Below are positions 20,596-32,838 of a stretch of 64,000 nt of DNA, one piece after another (positions within the stretch are counted from its first letter, which is position 1; each line of letters opens with the position of its first letter). The DNA comes from Candidatus Marinacidobacterales bacterium (GTDB lineage: Bacteria; Acidobacteriota; Vicinamibacteria; Marinacidobacterales; DATDRI01): the NCBI GenBank assembly GCA_965219415.1, contig OZ244742.1:896001-960000 (forward strand). Direction: 5' to 3'. The position numbers and the translations under genes are program-made. Below the pieces are notes generated by a model. The model was not told where the DNA came from. It searched no databases and saw only the letters and a program-made list of their open reading frames with translations.

Positions 20596-21893
20596 CCGCC
20601 CGTGCGAGAAGCGACGGCGCCGTCGACCTCTTCGAGGAGCGCCTCCGACGGCCCGCGATCCCGCTGGAGCCGCTCGGCAACGGCTTCTGCATCGCGCATC
20701 ACCCTGAGGAGGTTAAGCCCGAGCAACTTCATGACGTCTTGATCCGTGTAGCCACGCTCCAAAAGCTCGGCGGTCAACGCCGGAAAAGTCGATACATCGT
20801 CGAGCCCTTGGGGCACGTACGTCGTGCCGTCGTAGTCGGAACCTAGCCCGACGTGATCGATACCCGCCATCTCCCGTACATGGTCGATATGATCTGCCAC
20901 CAGGGAAACCGTCCCTCGCGGAGCAGGGTTGGCCTCGGCCCATTGCTCCATCGCCTCGCGTACCGAGTCTTCGGTGCTTCCCGGCAAGTCTCGTAGCCGC
21001 TCGCGCTCAGCATCACCAGCGCGACGATGCTCGAGGGCGCTGGTAGAAACGAAGCTCGATACGAAGGTGACCATGACAACGCCACCATTGTCCGGGAGCC
21101 GACGCAGAACATCGTCCGGGACGTTACGCGAATGGTCGGTTATCGCGCGCGCCGAAGAATGGCTATAGATGATGGGAGCCTCCGAGACGTCGAGCGCATC
21201 GTGCATGGTGGCGGGCGAGACGTGGGACAGGTCGACCAGCATTCCCAGCCAGTTCATCTCGCTAACAACAACTTTCCCGAAGGCCGACAGTCCTTCGCCG
21301 CGAGCCTCGTCGCTCGAGGACTCGGCCCAAGCAGTGCTCTTGCTATGCGAGAGCGTCATGTACCGCGCCCCCAGCTTGTAGAACATGCGTAGCGCGGCCA
21401 GTGAGTTGTCGATCGAGTGACCACCTTCCATTCCGATCATCGAGGCGATCTTGCCCTCTCGGAATGCCGCTTCTACCTCATTAGCGGTCAGCGCCAGCTC
21501 GAACGTGTCTGGGTAGCGACGGATCATCTGGTAAACGACATCGATTTGTTCGAGCGTGGCGAGCACCGCGGCTCCCCCGTCGAGGCTCGTGGGTACGTAG
21601 ACGGACCAGAACTGCGCACCCACGCCACCTTCTCGAAGCCGTGGAATGTCTGTCATGAGATCGGGTTGCGGCTGAGCGATATCGAGCCGGGACACCGCTC
21701 GCTGGAAGTGCTGTCGGTATTGCCACGGTAAATCGTTGTGCCCATCGATGAGAGGCAACCGATCGTGTAACGCTCGAGCCCGCTCGAGCGGGGTTGAAGG
21801 CGAGGGAGAGTCGCCTCCTGCACAGGCTCCGTAACCAATGAGTCCAAAAACACAGGCGACCAGTAGGCAGTTCTTCTCGAGTGTTGGCATCAT
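20592..21893 (-). CDS. Membrane dipeptidase (peptidase M19), probable lipoprotein
   Basis: IDGHNDLP, GAQFWSVY, MEGGH, VDLSHVS, SHSSA, GLGSDYDG. Confidence 0.92.
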   Translation of the reverse strand: MMPTLEKNCLLVACVFGLIGYGACAGGDSPSPSTPLERARALHDRLPLIDGHNDLPWQYRQHFQRAVSRLDIAQPQPDLMTDIPRLREGGVGAQFWSVYVPTSLDGGAAVLATLEQIDVVYQMIRRYPDTFELALTANEVEAAFREGKIASMIGMEGGHSIDNSLAALRMFYKLGARYMTLSHSKSTAWAESSSDEARGEGLSAFGKVVVSEMNWLGMLVDLSHVSPATMHDALDVSEAPIIYSHSSARAITDHSRNVPDDVLRRLPDNGGVVMVTFVSSFVSTSALEHRRAGDAERERLRDLPGSTEDSVREAMEQWAEANPAPRGTVSLVADHIDHVREMAGIDHVGLGSDYDGTTYVPQGLDDVSTFPALTAELLERGYTDQDVMKLLGLNLLRVMRDAEAVAERLQRDRGPSEALLEEVDGAVASRTGG

Positions 21894-21927
21894 TGCTCCC
21901 CTAAAGAATCAAGGCGCATCGAGCCCA

Positions 21928-22725
21928 TCAGGACTCTGAGGGCCCGAGGTCGGTCATTCCCATGATATGAAACCCGCTATCCACGTACAGCACGTCGCCG
22001 GTGACGCCGCGCGATAGCTCCGACACCAAGAAGACGGCGGCGTCCCCCACTTCTCCCTGCTCGGTGTTCTTCCGCAGCGGAGCATGACTTCGATGGTACT
22101 CGAGCATTTTGGAAATACCGTGCACTCCCGAGGCGGCGATCGTCTTGACCGGTCCCGCGGAAATAGCGTTCACGCGAACACCGCGAGGCCCCAAGTCGGC
22201 AGCCAGATAACGCACCGATGCCTCGAGCGCCGCCTTCGCCACACCCATGACGTTGTAATGGGGAACAACGCGCGGCCCTCCCAAATAGGTCAGGGTTACG
22301 ATGCTCCCCGCTCGGCCTTCCATCAGGGGTGCCATGCGACGCACGAGAGCAACGAGAGAGTAGGCAGAGACATCTTGTGCGACGCGGTAGCCTTCCCGCG
22401 ACGTGTCGAGGTACTCCCCGTCCAACTCCTCCCGCAACGCGAACGCCACCGCGTGGATGACGAAGTCCAAGCCACCCCATTGGCTCCTGAGACTCTCCGC
22501 CAGCGAGTCCATCTCCTCATCCCGGGTCACGTCGCAAGGGAGGATGACCGGCTCATTCAGCTCGTCCGCTAACTTGCGAACATTTTTTTCCAATCTCTCG
22601 CCTTGGTAAGTGACCGCTAAGCGGGCCCCTTCTCGCGAGGCCGACTGGGCAATGCCCCACGCGAGAGACCGTTTGTTCGCTATCCCTACTATCAGACCTT
22701 TCTTGCCCTCAAGGAGCATCAGCAC
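21928..22725 (-). CDS. fabI: Enoyl-ACP reductase
   Basis: GIANKRSLAWGIA, YNVMGVAKAALE, RVNAISAGPVKT. Confidence 0.95.
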   Translation of the reverse strand: MLMLLEGKKGLIVGIANKRSLAWGIAQSASREGARLAVTYQGERLEKNVRKLADELNEPVILPCDVTRDEEMDSLAESLRSQWGGLDFVIHAVAFALREELDGEYLDTSREGYRVAQDVSAYSLVALVRRMAPLMEGRAGSIVTLTYLGGPRVVPHYNVMGVAKAALEASVRYLAADLGPRGVRVNAISAGPVKTIAASGVHGISKMLEYHRSHAPLRKNTEQGEVGDAAVFLVSELSRGVTGDVLYVDSGFHIMGMTDLGPSES

Positions 22726-22783
22726 CTCCGGCCGGGAAGTTTATCACCGCCGCACGGGCTTCGTCTTCTCGATGAGCCACGTC

Positions 22784-24190
22784 TTAGGTCGAGGTTGGAT
22801 GCCTATCCACCCATGGATGCGACGTCTCATAGGCGTAAGCGATTTGTAGCAATCGCTTCTCGTGAAAGGGGCGGGCCGCCAACTGGAGGCCTACCGGAAG
22901 TCCCTCCGTCGTGAAGCCGCAAGGCACAGAAATGGCGGGAAAACCGGTCGTGTTGAAAGGAGTTGGCAGCCGTAGAAGCCCCGGGCGCAGCTTCTCGCCG
23001 TTCACCAGCAACTCTTCGCCTATCCGGGGCGCCGGGACGGGAACCGTCGGGGAGACGAGGACATCGAACCCCCGAAACGCCTCGCCGAACGCTTCGACGA
23101 TTCGCCGGCGCGCACGTTGCGCGGTCAGATACTCGGTGGCCCGCACCAGCAAACCGAGCTCTAGCAACTCTCTCGTAGCCGACCCGTAGTCCTCGGGCCT
23201 CTCTCGAAGCGACGGCTCATGATAGGAAGCTGCCTCTGCAAAAGTAATAACGTTTCGACAAGTGCCCTGATGCTCGATTTCCGGAATCGAAGCTTCTACG
23301 CGCTCGAGCCCCAACTTCTCGAGATCCTCGATCGCGGCTTCGACCAGCTTCCGCACTTGAGGATCCAGGTCTTCGAAGAAGTAACCAGGGTGTACGGCCA
23401 TCAGAAGTCCAGACGGAATTTCATCGAGATCGCTACTTACCGGGGCGAGCTCTTGCTTTCGCGATGTGGGGTCCTTGGGATCGTGGCCAGCGAGAACGTC
23501 GAGAAGGATGGCAACGTCCTTCACGGTACGCGCCATCGGTCCGACATGGTCCAGACTCCACGCGAGCGGCGTGACACCGTGACGACTCACCAACCCATAG
23601 GTAGGCTTCAGTCCAACCGTCCCGCAAAGCGACGAGGGTATGCGAATCGAACCCCCGGTGTCGGTACCTACCGATCCGAGGCCGATCCCAGCCGCGAGAC
23701 TGGCCGCCGAACCGCCGCTCGAGCCTCCGCTGATGCGATCCTCGTCCCATGGATTGTGCGCTGGACCGTAATGAGGATTGACGTTCGAGATGCCGTAGGC
23801 GAATTCGTGCATGTTGGTCTTACCTAAGAATACGGCCCCCGCTTCGCGCAGCCTCGCTACCACCGTTGCGTCCACGCTGGGAACGAAATCACCGCAAACC
23901 CTGGAGCCCGAAGTGGTGCGGACACCACGGGTCCAAAGAAGGTCCTTGAGAGTCATCGGGACTCCGTCTAGAGCCCCCCGCGTTTCACCGTGTGCCAGTC
24001 TTTGGTCCGCGTTCTCGGCAGCGCCTCGGGCTTCTTCCTCGGTCACGGTGATGAATGAGTTCAAGCTCGGCTCGAGAGACTTCAGGCGTGTCAGCTGTTG
24101 GTCCACCAACTCCTGAGCCGAGATTTCTCGACGACGAAGGAGTCCGGCTATTTCAGAGAGTGAATGAAACGATAGCTCATCGGCCGCCAT
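22784..24190 (-). CDS. Amidase-signature enzyme (GatA/AtzE-like)
   Basis: LKD, GKTNMHEFA, GGSSGGS, GTDTGGSIRIP. Confidence 0.92.
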   Translation of the reverse strand: MAADELSFHSLSEIAGLLRRREISAQELVDQQLTRLKSLEPSLNSFITVTEEEARGAAENADQRLAHGETRGALDGVPMTLKDLLWTRGVRTTSGSRVCGDFVPSVDATVVARLREAGAVFLGKTNMHEFAYGISNVNPHYGPAHNPWDEDRISGGSSGGSAASLAAGIGLGSVGTDTGGSIRIPSSLCGTVGLKPTYGLVSRHGVTPLAWSLDHVGPMARTVKDVAILLDVLAGHDPKDPTSRKQELAPVSSDLDEIPSGLLMAVHPGYFFEDLDPQVRKLVEAAIEDLEKLGLERVEASIPEIEHQGTCRNVITFAEAASYHEPSLRERPEDYGSATRELLELGLLVRATEYLTAQRARRRIVEAFGEAFRGFDVLVSPTVPVPAPRIGEELLVNGEKLRPGLLRLPTPFNTTGFPAISVPCGFTTEGLPVGLQLAARPFHEKRLLQIAYAYETSHPWVDRHPTST

Positions 24191-24193
24191 TCG

Positions 24194-24379
24194 CTATTCC
24201 TCCTCTGGCAACCTCACCGCCGGAAACGGCTCGATGGAAGGCTCTACCATCTCTTCGAGTGCTCCGAGCGCCTCCGTCAAAGAATTCATGCGTTGGAATA
24301 GGATCTCCAACTCCTCGGAGTCGAGCGTAAGTCCGAGCTCTCGTGTGACGCGGTCAAGACTTTCACGAGTGAGTTTCAT
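24194..24379 (-). CDS. Small GatC/AtzG-like amidase partner (61 aa)
   Basis: MKLTRESLDRVTRELGLTLDSEELEILFQRMNSLTEALGALEEM..IEP follows the GatC helix pattern; ends 3 nt before the amidase start. Confidence 0.7.
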   Translation of the reverse strand: MKLTRESLDRVTRELGLTLDSEELEILFQRMNSLTEALGALEEMVEPSIEPFPAVRLPEEE

Positions 24380-24392
24380 AGAGGTTTCGTTA

Positions 24393-24425
24393 CCCTCACC
24401 CAGGCCCTCTCCCGGAGGGAGAGGG
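24393..24425. repeat. BoxC/REP-like palindromic repeat unit
   Basis: CCCTCACCCAGGCCCTCTCCC-GGA-GGGAGAGGG, with a perfect 9-bp stem. Confidence 0.7.
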
Positions 24426-24663
24426 ATTGAAGGATAGAAGCCAGTCATTACGCATCGACGCGCGTGATACCGGCATCTGGCCACTTTGAGAGTAGCGTCG
24501 AGCTATTTTGATACCAGATCGTTGGCACAGTGTATTTTGACGGCCAAACAACAGCTAGGCCTGTTTTGGTGTCCATCATAGGCGCGCCATCATCCCTCCT
24601 CCAAGTGGCCCCCAGGTCGCGCGGCAGATGATAGGATTGGCCAACGAACTGGAGGTCTAAGAT

Positions 24664-26293
24664 ATGCGCACCGCGACCACCTTGGTCTGCCTTTCGTTCG
24701 GCGTCATCGCCATCGCTTGCCAAGAATCACCCCAAGAGCCACATCCCGATACGATCAACGCCGAGTCCCTTTTGGAGCGGATTAAGCGCCTCTCATCGGA
24801 TGCGTTTGAAGGGTGGGCTCCCGGCTCGGCGGGCGAGGAAAAAACCGTCGAATATCTCGTCGATAGCTTTGGCTCGTTCGGCCTTGCTCCCGGCAATCCC
24901 GATGGCACCTTCATCCAACAAGTCCCGCTGGTGCGCTTGACTCCGGCTGCGTTGAACCCCGTGGTGGTGAAGAAAGGAGCCGTGACCACCGAGCTCGAAC
25001 CGAAGGTGGACATTGCGGCTAGTACTCGCCGCGTGGACGAGCGCGTCGATGTGGAGGGCGAGCTGGCGTTCGTCGGTTACGGGGCCTTGGCTCCCGAGTA
25101 CGAGTGGGATGACTTCAAGAATTTGGACGTGCGCGACAAGATCCTCCTCGTGTTGGTCAACGATCCGCCTGGCGAGGACATCTTCGGTGGTAAAGCAATG
25201 ACCTATTACGGTCGTTGGACCTACAAGTTCGAGATCGCCGCCGAGCTCGGCGCCGCGGGAGCTTTCGTGATCCACGAAACCGACACGGCGGGCTATCCCT
25301 GGGAGGTGATTTCCGACTCGGGTTCCGAGAAGTTCGTGCTGGCAACGTCGGGCGACGACGGAAACCTTCTAGGTGCAGAAGGCTGGATCCACATCGATGC
25401 GACACGCCGGGTCTTCGAGATGGCAGGGATGGACTTCGACGAGATGAAGCAGGCGGCGACGGACCGTTCCTTCGAGCCCGTCGCTCTGGGCGTGACCATG
25501 GCGGTCGCGCTACAGAACTCCATCCAAGAGATCGAAGTCTGCCAACGTCGTGGCGAAGCTTCAGGGCCGGCAATCGCCCGACGAATGGATCATCTACGTC
25601 GCCCACTGGGATCACATGGGTATCGACCCTGAGCTCAACGGTGACAACATCTTTAACGGTGCCCACGATAACGCCAGCGGAACCGCGGGTCTCCTGGAGA
25701 TCGCCGAGGCGTTCGGACGACTCGACGAAGCCCCGGCTCGGAGTGTCCTCTTTCTTGCGGTGACCGCGGAAGAGCGTGGCCTCCTCGGTTCCCTCTACTA
25801 CGGTCGCAACCCGCTCTATCCGATCAAGGATACGGTGGCGGCCATCAACATGGATGGTCTCAATCTACTGGGACCCACTCGGGATGTAACCGTGGTTGGC
25901 ATGGGGCAATCGACGCTGGACGACCTCGCGACACAGATCGCTTCACAACAAGGCCGCACATTGCGACCAGACCCGGAGCCAGAAAAAAGTCACTACTATC
26001 GATCCGATCACTTCGAGTTCGCGAACGTGGGAATCCCCGCATTTTACCCTGATAAAGGCATCGAGTTCATCAACAAGCCGGAAGGCTGGGGGATCGAGAT
26101 GCGAAAGAAGTACGACAACGAGGACTATCACAAGCCCTCGGACGAGGTGAAGGACTATTGGGATCTTTCCGGGGCTGTCGAAGACCTGGAGCTCTTCTAC
26201 CTCATGGGACACCAGCTGGCCACCGGCACGGAGTGGCCAGAGTGGAGCGAGAAGAGCGAGTTCCGAGCGACGAGGGAAAACAGTAAACAGTAA
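24664..26293 (+). CDS. M28-family metallopeptidase lipoprotein with PA domain; one frameshift near 25536
   Basis: Lipobox AIAC, YYGRWTYKFE, AHWDHMG, NGAHDNASG, TAEERGLLGS, RSDH, YHKPSD. Confidence 0.9.
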
Positions 26294-26306
26294 TCGGTGA
26301 AAGACT

Positions 26307-28605
<2,299 letters not shown>

Positions 28606-28606
28606 C

Positions 28607-29083
28607 CTATTCTCCCGATCGAGGTTTGTCAGTCAAGACTCGTCGCGCCTTCTCCACGACCTTGCGCTCGTTGGCAAAAGCCACTTTTTTGATGGCCTCC
28701 GAAATCGGGAACCAGCGGGCCTCGTCGACTTCTTCATCGTGCTGCGACGTGTCGCCGCCCGTGTGGCACATCAAGAAAAAGTGTACCAACTTGTGATGGC
28801 GAACGGAACGCCCATCCTCTTCTTTCCAGACAAACCAGTAGTCGATCTTGTCGAGCTCGCCTTCGACTTCACCTTCCAGACCCGTTTCCTCTCGAACCTC
28901 TCGCGCCGCCGCGGCGGCTACCTGCTCTCCCTTTTCCACCAGGCCTTTCGGTAGCTGCCAACGAGTACCACCGCGGGTGGCGACTAGGCACACCTGTAGC
29001 GCCGAGGCCTCTTCCCGGTAGATAACTCCCCCCGCCGAGACTTCGAACTTGATCTTGCCTGCTGAAGACTTGGAGCGTGCCAT
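28607..29083 (-). CDS. NUDIX hydrolase
   Basis: SAGGV and Nudix box PKGLVEKGEQVAAAAAREVREETG. Confidence 0.93.
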   Translation of the reverse strand: MARSKSSAGKIKFEVSAGGVIYREEASALQVCLVATRGGTRWQLPKGLVEKGEQVAAAAAREVREETGLEGEVEGELDKIDYWFVWKEEDGRSVRHHKLVHFFLMCHTGGDTSQHDEEVDEARWFPISEAIKKVAFANERKVVEKARRVLTDKPRSGE

Positions 29084-29092
29084 CCGGATGGC

Positions 29093-29365
29093 TTAGTAGC
29101 CCTGGGGCTTGGGCTCTGCCCAAACCATCAGGTTACGAGCGACCGCCGCGCCCGCCAGAGCGGCGACGCCGGCGAGGGGGCCGAAGCGATGCAGGAGAAC
29201 GCCGAGCACCAGCGCGAACACCGAGAGGCGCAATACCAATGCGACGAGGCTTCGCCGCGCGAGCGGTGTCTTCTGGGAATGCACATGCCCGGTGGCGTGA
29301 CGCACCCAGGCGAAGTATAAGTAGCCCAAGACCATCCCGAAACCGGCAAATGCCACCATGCGCAT
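29093..29365 (-). CDS. Three-helix membrane protein resembling N-ATPase AtpR / ATP synthase I
   Basis: G..LG.LYF, LVLRL and AG...AR pattern in 90 aa. Confidence 0.55.
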   Translation of the reverse strand: MRMVAFAGFGMVLGYLYFAWVRHATGHVHSQKTPLARRSLVALVLRLSVFALVLGVLLHRFGPLAGVAALAGAAVARNLMVWAEPKPQGY

Positions 29366-29472
29366 TGCTCATCATATCCGCCAGTGGCGGGTCACGCGAG
29401 CCACGGAATTTCGGGGATAGGTGCTTAATTCAGGCCTGATGGGAGTGGAACTAAATAGCCTGTCGCCGAAAT

Positions 29473-30486
29473 TCAAGCCTGGCCGCGAAACCTCGGTAAG
29501 GTCGAATCGATCATGGTTCTCAGACCTGGCCGCAAACCCACGACGCTACGAGCCATGCTAAGCAACATCCCAACCGTGGCTTCGTCTCCGGCGACGCCGC
29601 CTTCGAACAGGATGTCGAGCGAAGGAGTGCCGCGAATCGAGATCTTGTCGAATGGCTTCTTCGCACCGACAAACATCTGCAGGTCGAGCTTGAGAACCTC
29701 CTTGCCGTTCCGCAGTCCACGGCAAACATGATGAATTCCTGCTACCTGTCCGGCCTTGGCGGTCAGGTACGGGGTTCGCACAGATTTTTTGGCAAGCACC
29801 GGCGTGAGTTTCTCAGTCACGCGCTCCAGATCCCAGCCAAGCCCCTGCGCTACGAGGTGCAAGGACTCTAACAGGCCGACGTGTCCCAACTGACCCATCC
29901 TGGTGCCGCGCCGGAACTCCGCCGGGGTCATACCGGCACCGACCTTTTTTTGAAGCGGCTGGCGCCGCGTAGCCGCGTCGACCACTCTCTCCACTAGAAT
30001 CGAACGGACTTCCAGGCAGGGGGAGGTCGAAACAAGCGCCATTGTATCCATCACGAAGCCCGGGTTCACACCCGTTCCCAAAACGACCGCCTGCTTGGAG
30101 CGCGCTAAGGCGTCAAGCTCCCTCGCCAATCTCGGGTGTCGCACCGAGGGCAAGAGAAGCTCCTCACATGTGCTCACCACACTAGCCTTGGCCTCCAGGC
30201 AGATCCGCAACTGAGGAAGCACCTCGTCGAGTCGGGACTGTGTGGAGTGCAGCACGACATCAGGCTGCCTAACACCAAGCACTTCCTTGGGTCGATCGGA
30301 CACTCGGACGCCACTTGGCTGCGTGAGTCCGGCGAGATCGGCCACATCGCGCTGCTGCTTGTCGGGATCGATATCGATAGCTCCGACCAGTTCCAGGTCG
30401 GGGCGGGCAATAATCGCGCGGATAGCCGCGAGGCCGATGGGTCCGACCCCGTATTGTACGACCCGGAGCTTCTCCGGAGAGGCCAT
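29473..30486 (-). CDS. DapB-like / 2,4-diaminopentanoate dehydrogenase-family NAD(P)-dependent oxidoreductase
   Basis: QYGVGPIG Rossmann motif, VVSTCEEL, GTGVNPGFVMD, GVAGDEAT. Confidence 0.85.
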   Translation of the reverse strand: MASPEKLRVVQYGVGPIGLAAIRAIIARPDLELVGAIDIDPDKQQRDVADLAGLTQPSGVRVSDRPKEVLGVRQPDVVLHSTQSRLDEVLPQLRICLEAKASVVSTCEELLLPSVRHPRLARELDALARSKQAVVLGTGVNPGFVMDTMALVSTSPCLEVRSILVERVVDAATRRQPLQKKVGAGMTPAEFRRGTRMGQLGHVGLLESLHLVAQGLGWDLERVTEKLTPVLAKKSVRTPYLTAKAGQVAGIHHVCRGLRNGKEVLKLDLQMFVGAKKPFDKISIRGTPSLDILFEGGVAGDEATVGMLLSMARSVVGLRPGLRTMIDSTLPRFRGQA

Positions 30487-30732
30487 ATGAACGAACCTCC
30501 TCGGGTTATTGCGCCACCAAAGCGGGCGCAAACAGTTTGCGGAAGCAAAATGTTATCCCAGCTGCGAAGCCCGAACAACTCTTTTTTTTGCGTGGCGCGT
30601 GTTGCACAAAGAGACCAACCACGAACTCGAACATCGTTAGGTTTTCCGACCGATTCCGGATACGATCGCGTCCCGGTTACCGGGCAGTAGAATCGCCGTG
30701 CTCATGCCGGCCGGGCCGTTGGCGCACATGAG

Positions 30733-31959
30733 ATGAAACCGAAAATACCGACTCCTGGCTGGGCGCTCCTTCTGTTCTTGGCCGTCCTGGTCCTGAACAC
30801 CGTCATCAATGGCATTCTGCTGGTCACCGTACCGAATCTAGGAATTCTCCTAGGCGAGCTCTTGGCGATTCTGATCCCAACCGTCCTGGCAGTCCGTGTA
30901 CTTGGAGCGGACGTGAGGGCAACTCTTCGGCTACGACTCCCCTCCACGACGGATCTTCTTCTCGCCCTCCCGCTCGCCGTGTCCCTCGCCGTACTCAACG
31001 ATCAGGTCTCCAACCTAACCAGCCAGGTCTTCCCCATTCCTGAGGAGTTGCGGGAAGGCATCGTCCGCCTCCTCCGCGCACAGACCGCGTATGAATGGAT
31101 CGTCAGAATCTTGGGATTGGCGGTTGGGGCGGCGGTAGCAGAGGAGGTCCTTTTCCGCGGTTTCATTCAAAAGAGTCTCGAGGGAAGCTCTCTGGGCCGG
31201 CCGGGAGCTATTCTAATCACCGCTTTTCTGTTCGCGGTAATGCACTTCATACCCCAGGGGCTGGCCAGCTACACCCTGGCGGGATTGGTTTTGGGTATCA
31301 CCGCCATCGCGACGGACAGCATCTTGATACCTATTCTCATCCACGGGGTAAACAACGCATCGGCGATCTTGCTTCTCAACGTGGCGGGACTGGAGAGTCT
31401 CGGCGAGCCGGTTTGGATCCCTCCCGGGATTTTGATCCCCGCCGCCCTCATCTTCACTCTCACTCTGGCTCACTATATGAGGCGCGCCACGGAAACAGAC
31501 GCGTCCAGGATGCCGGAGACGCCGCCCGACCTGCCACGTCCATCGCCAGAGCCGCTGGTGTCGGTTCCGCCTCAGCAAGAGACGCCCATCGAACACCGCG
31601 GCCTCGGATGGCTCACCGTGGGTTGCGCTGTCGTGGGCGGAGCGATCGTCGTGCTCGGCCTGTTTTCCTTTTCTCTCCTCTACGCCCCACAGGTCAGACA
31701 CCAACCGATACTCGAAATGAAGGAGACACTACTGGAGGCGGCAGGGCCAGGCGCTTTGGGCGCACGAATCACGGAGAAGTTCGACGCCTTGGTCGAATTC
31801 AATGAGGAAGGCGAACTGAGCGTCTCGGCATTCTCGAAGTTGATTTGGCTCTACAGCAAGGCTCAGTCCGACGGCGTGGTTACAGACCAAGAGATCGAAA
31901 CTATTTTGGCAGAGGTCGGGCTCATCCTCAACGAAAACGCCCCGGTGAGACAGCTCTAG
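30733..31959 (+). CDS. CPBP/CAAX (Abi) intramembrane metalloprotease with C-terminal extension
   Basis: EEVLFRG, FAVMH and HGVNN motifs; multiple TM helices. Confidence 0.9.
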   Translation: MKPKIPTPGWALLLFLAVLVLNTVINGILLVTVPNLGILLGELLAILIPTVLAVRVLGADVRATLRLRLPSTTDLLLALPLAVSLAVLNDQVSNLTSQVFPIPEELREGIVRLLRAQTAYEWIVRILGLAVGAAVAEEVLFRGFIQKSLEGSSLGRPGAILITAFLFAVMHFIPQGLASYTLAGLVLGITAIATDSILIPILIHGVNNASAILLLNVAGLESLGEPVWIPPGILIPAALIFTLTLAHYMRRATETDASRMPETPPDLPRPSPEPLVSVPPQQETPIEHRGLGWLTVGCAVVGGAIVVLGLFSFSLLYAPQVRHQPILEMKETLLEAAGPGALGARITEKFDALVEFNEEGELSVSAFSKLIWLYSKAQSDGVVTDQEIETILAEVGLILNENAPVRQL

Positions 31960-32016
31960 CTCCCTCACCGCCGTCTGACCGACGCCTGGCTAGCTTGATA
32001 ACGGAAGAAGAGAAAT

Positions 32017-32796
32017 CTATCCTGCCGCCTCGAGAGCTTCATCGAGCGCCCCGACGACATCTCGCACGGTGTAATTGATTTGAACCGGCACCCCTTCGTA
32101 AACGTTGCCAAAAAAGGGCGCACGAATGACTCGTAGCTTTGCGTCCAGTAGCCAAATCGTCGGAGTGCCGTATCGCTGATCGTCCTCGAACCACTTGAAG
32201 CGCCCCTGCCAGGGATGGATCGACCCGTACGCCGGGACGTGCTCATGCTCATTGGGATTGTCGAGCAGACGGAAACGCGGATCGTAGAAGATCGAGTCAA
32301 AGGGAATGGTCCCATCTTCCTTGAGCACCTCGGTCTTTTCGATGAACTCCGCGAGCGCCTCCTGATAAGCCGCAGAGCCCTCGGGCTCGGCCAAAAAGAC
32401 GTCCTGCCTGAAACCATAGCCAGTGCTGTAGACGGGAGGCGTGGCGACCGGAACAAACGTCACCCCCTCGCCAGCGTAGTTGAAATACACGCTGCGATGT
32501 ACCGCCATATCGTCCGAACTGTCGCCACACCAGAGGCGGCCGCGTTTGTCCGGCTTCTTCTTCGCATAGGCGCCGCCGAAGACGATGAGATACAAGACCT
32601 TCGTGGACTCGTCTATTTGGTCGGCCAACGTAACCGACCGGCCGTTTGGATCCAGAAAAAAGACCCGAGAGTCCACCTCGTCCCCGGGGCGATAACAACT
32701 CTGCTTCGCCTCCCCGCGCGAACAAAGCCAAAGCGGCGTCGTCGCGAACAACCCAGCTACAGTGGTCGAGCTCCTCAAAAACTCTCTTCGATTCAT
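32017..32796 (-). CDS. Tat-exported thioredoxin/peroxiredoxin-fold hypothetical protein
   Basis: MNRREFL Tat motif; PGD...LDPNG..VTLAD, WCGDS, YGTPTIWLLD. Confidence 0.65.
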   Translation of the reverse strand: MNRREFLRSSTTVAGLFATTPLWLCSRGEAKQSCYRPGDEVDSRVFFLDPNGRSVTLADQIDESTKVLYLIVFGGAYAKKKPDKRGRLWCGDSSDDMAVHRSVYFNYAGEGVTFVPVATPPVYSTGYGFRQDVFLAEPEGSAAYQEALAEFIEKTEVLKEDGTIPFDSIFYDPRFRLLDNPNEHEHVPAYGSIHPWQGRFKWFEDDQRYGTPTIWLLDAKLRVIRAPFFGNVYEGVPVQINYTVRDVVGALDEALEAAG

Positions 32797-32838
32797 CTAG
32801 CCCTCGTCTTCTGGCTCGGTCATTATAACTTCATCGTT

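Noticed and set aside
22784-24190. Calling the amidase gatA
   Set aside because: No gatB adjacent, and the sequence looks like a general amidase-signature enzyme.
30733-31959. Abortive-infection defence system suggested by the Abi family name
   Set aside because: CPBP/CAAX proteases are general membrane proteases, and no defence genes are nearby.
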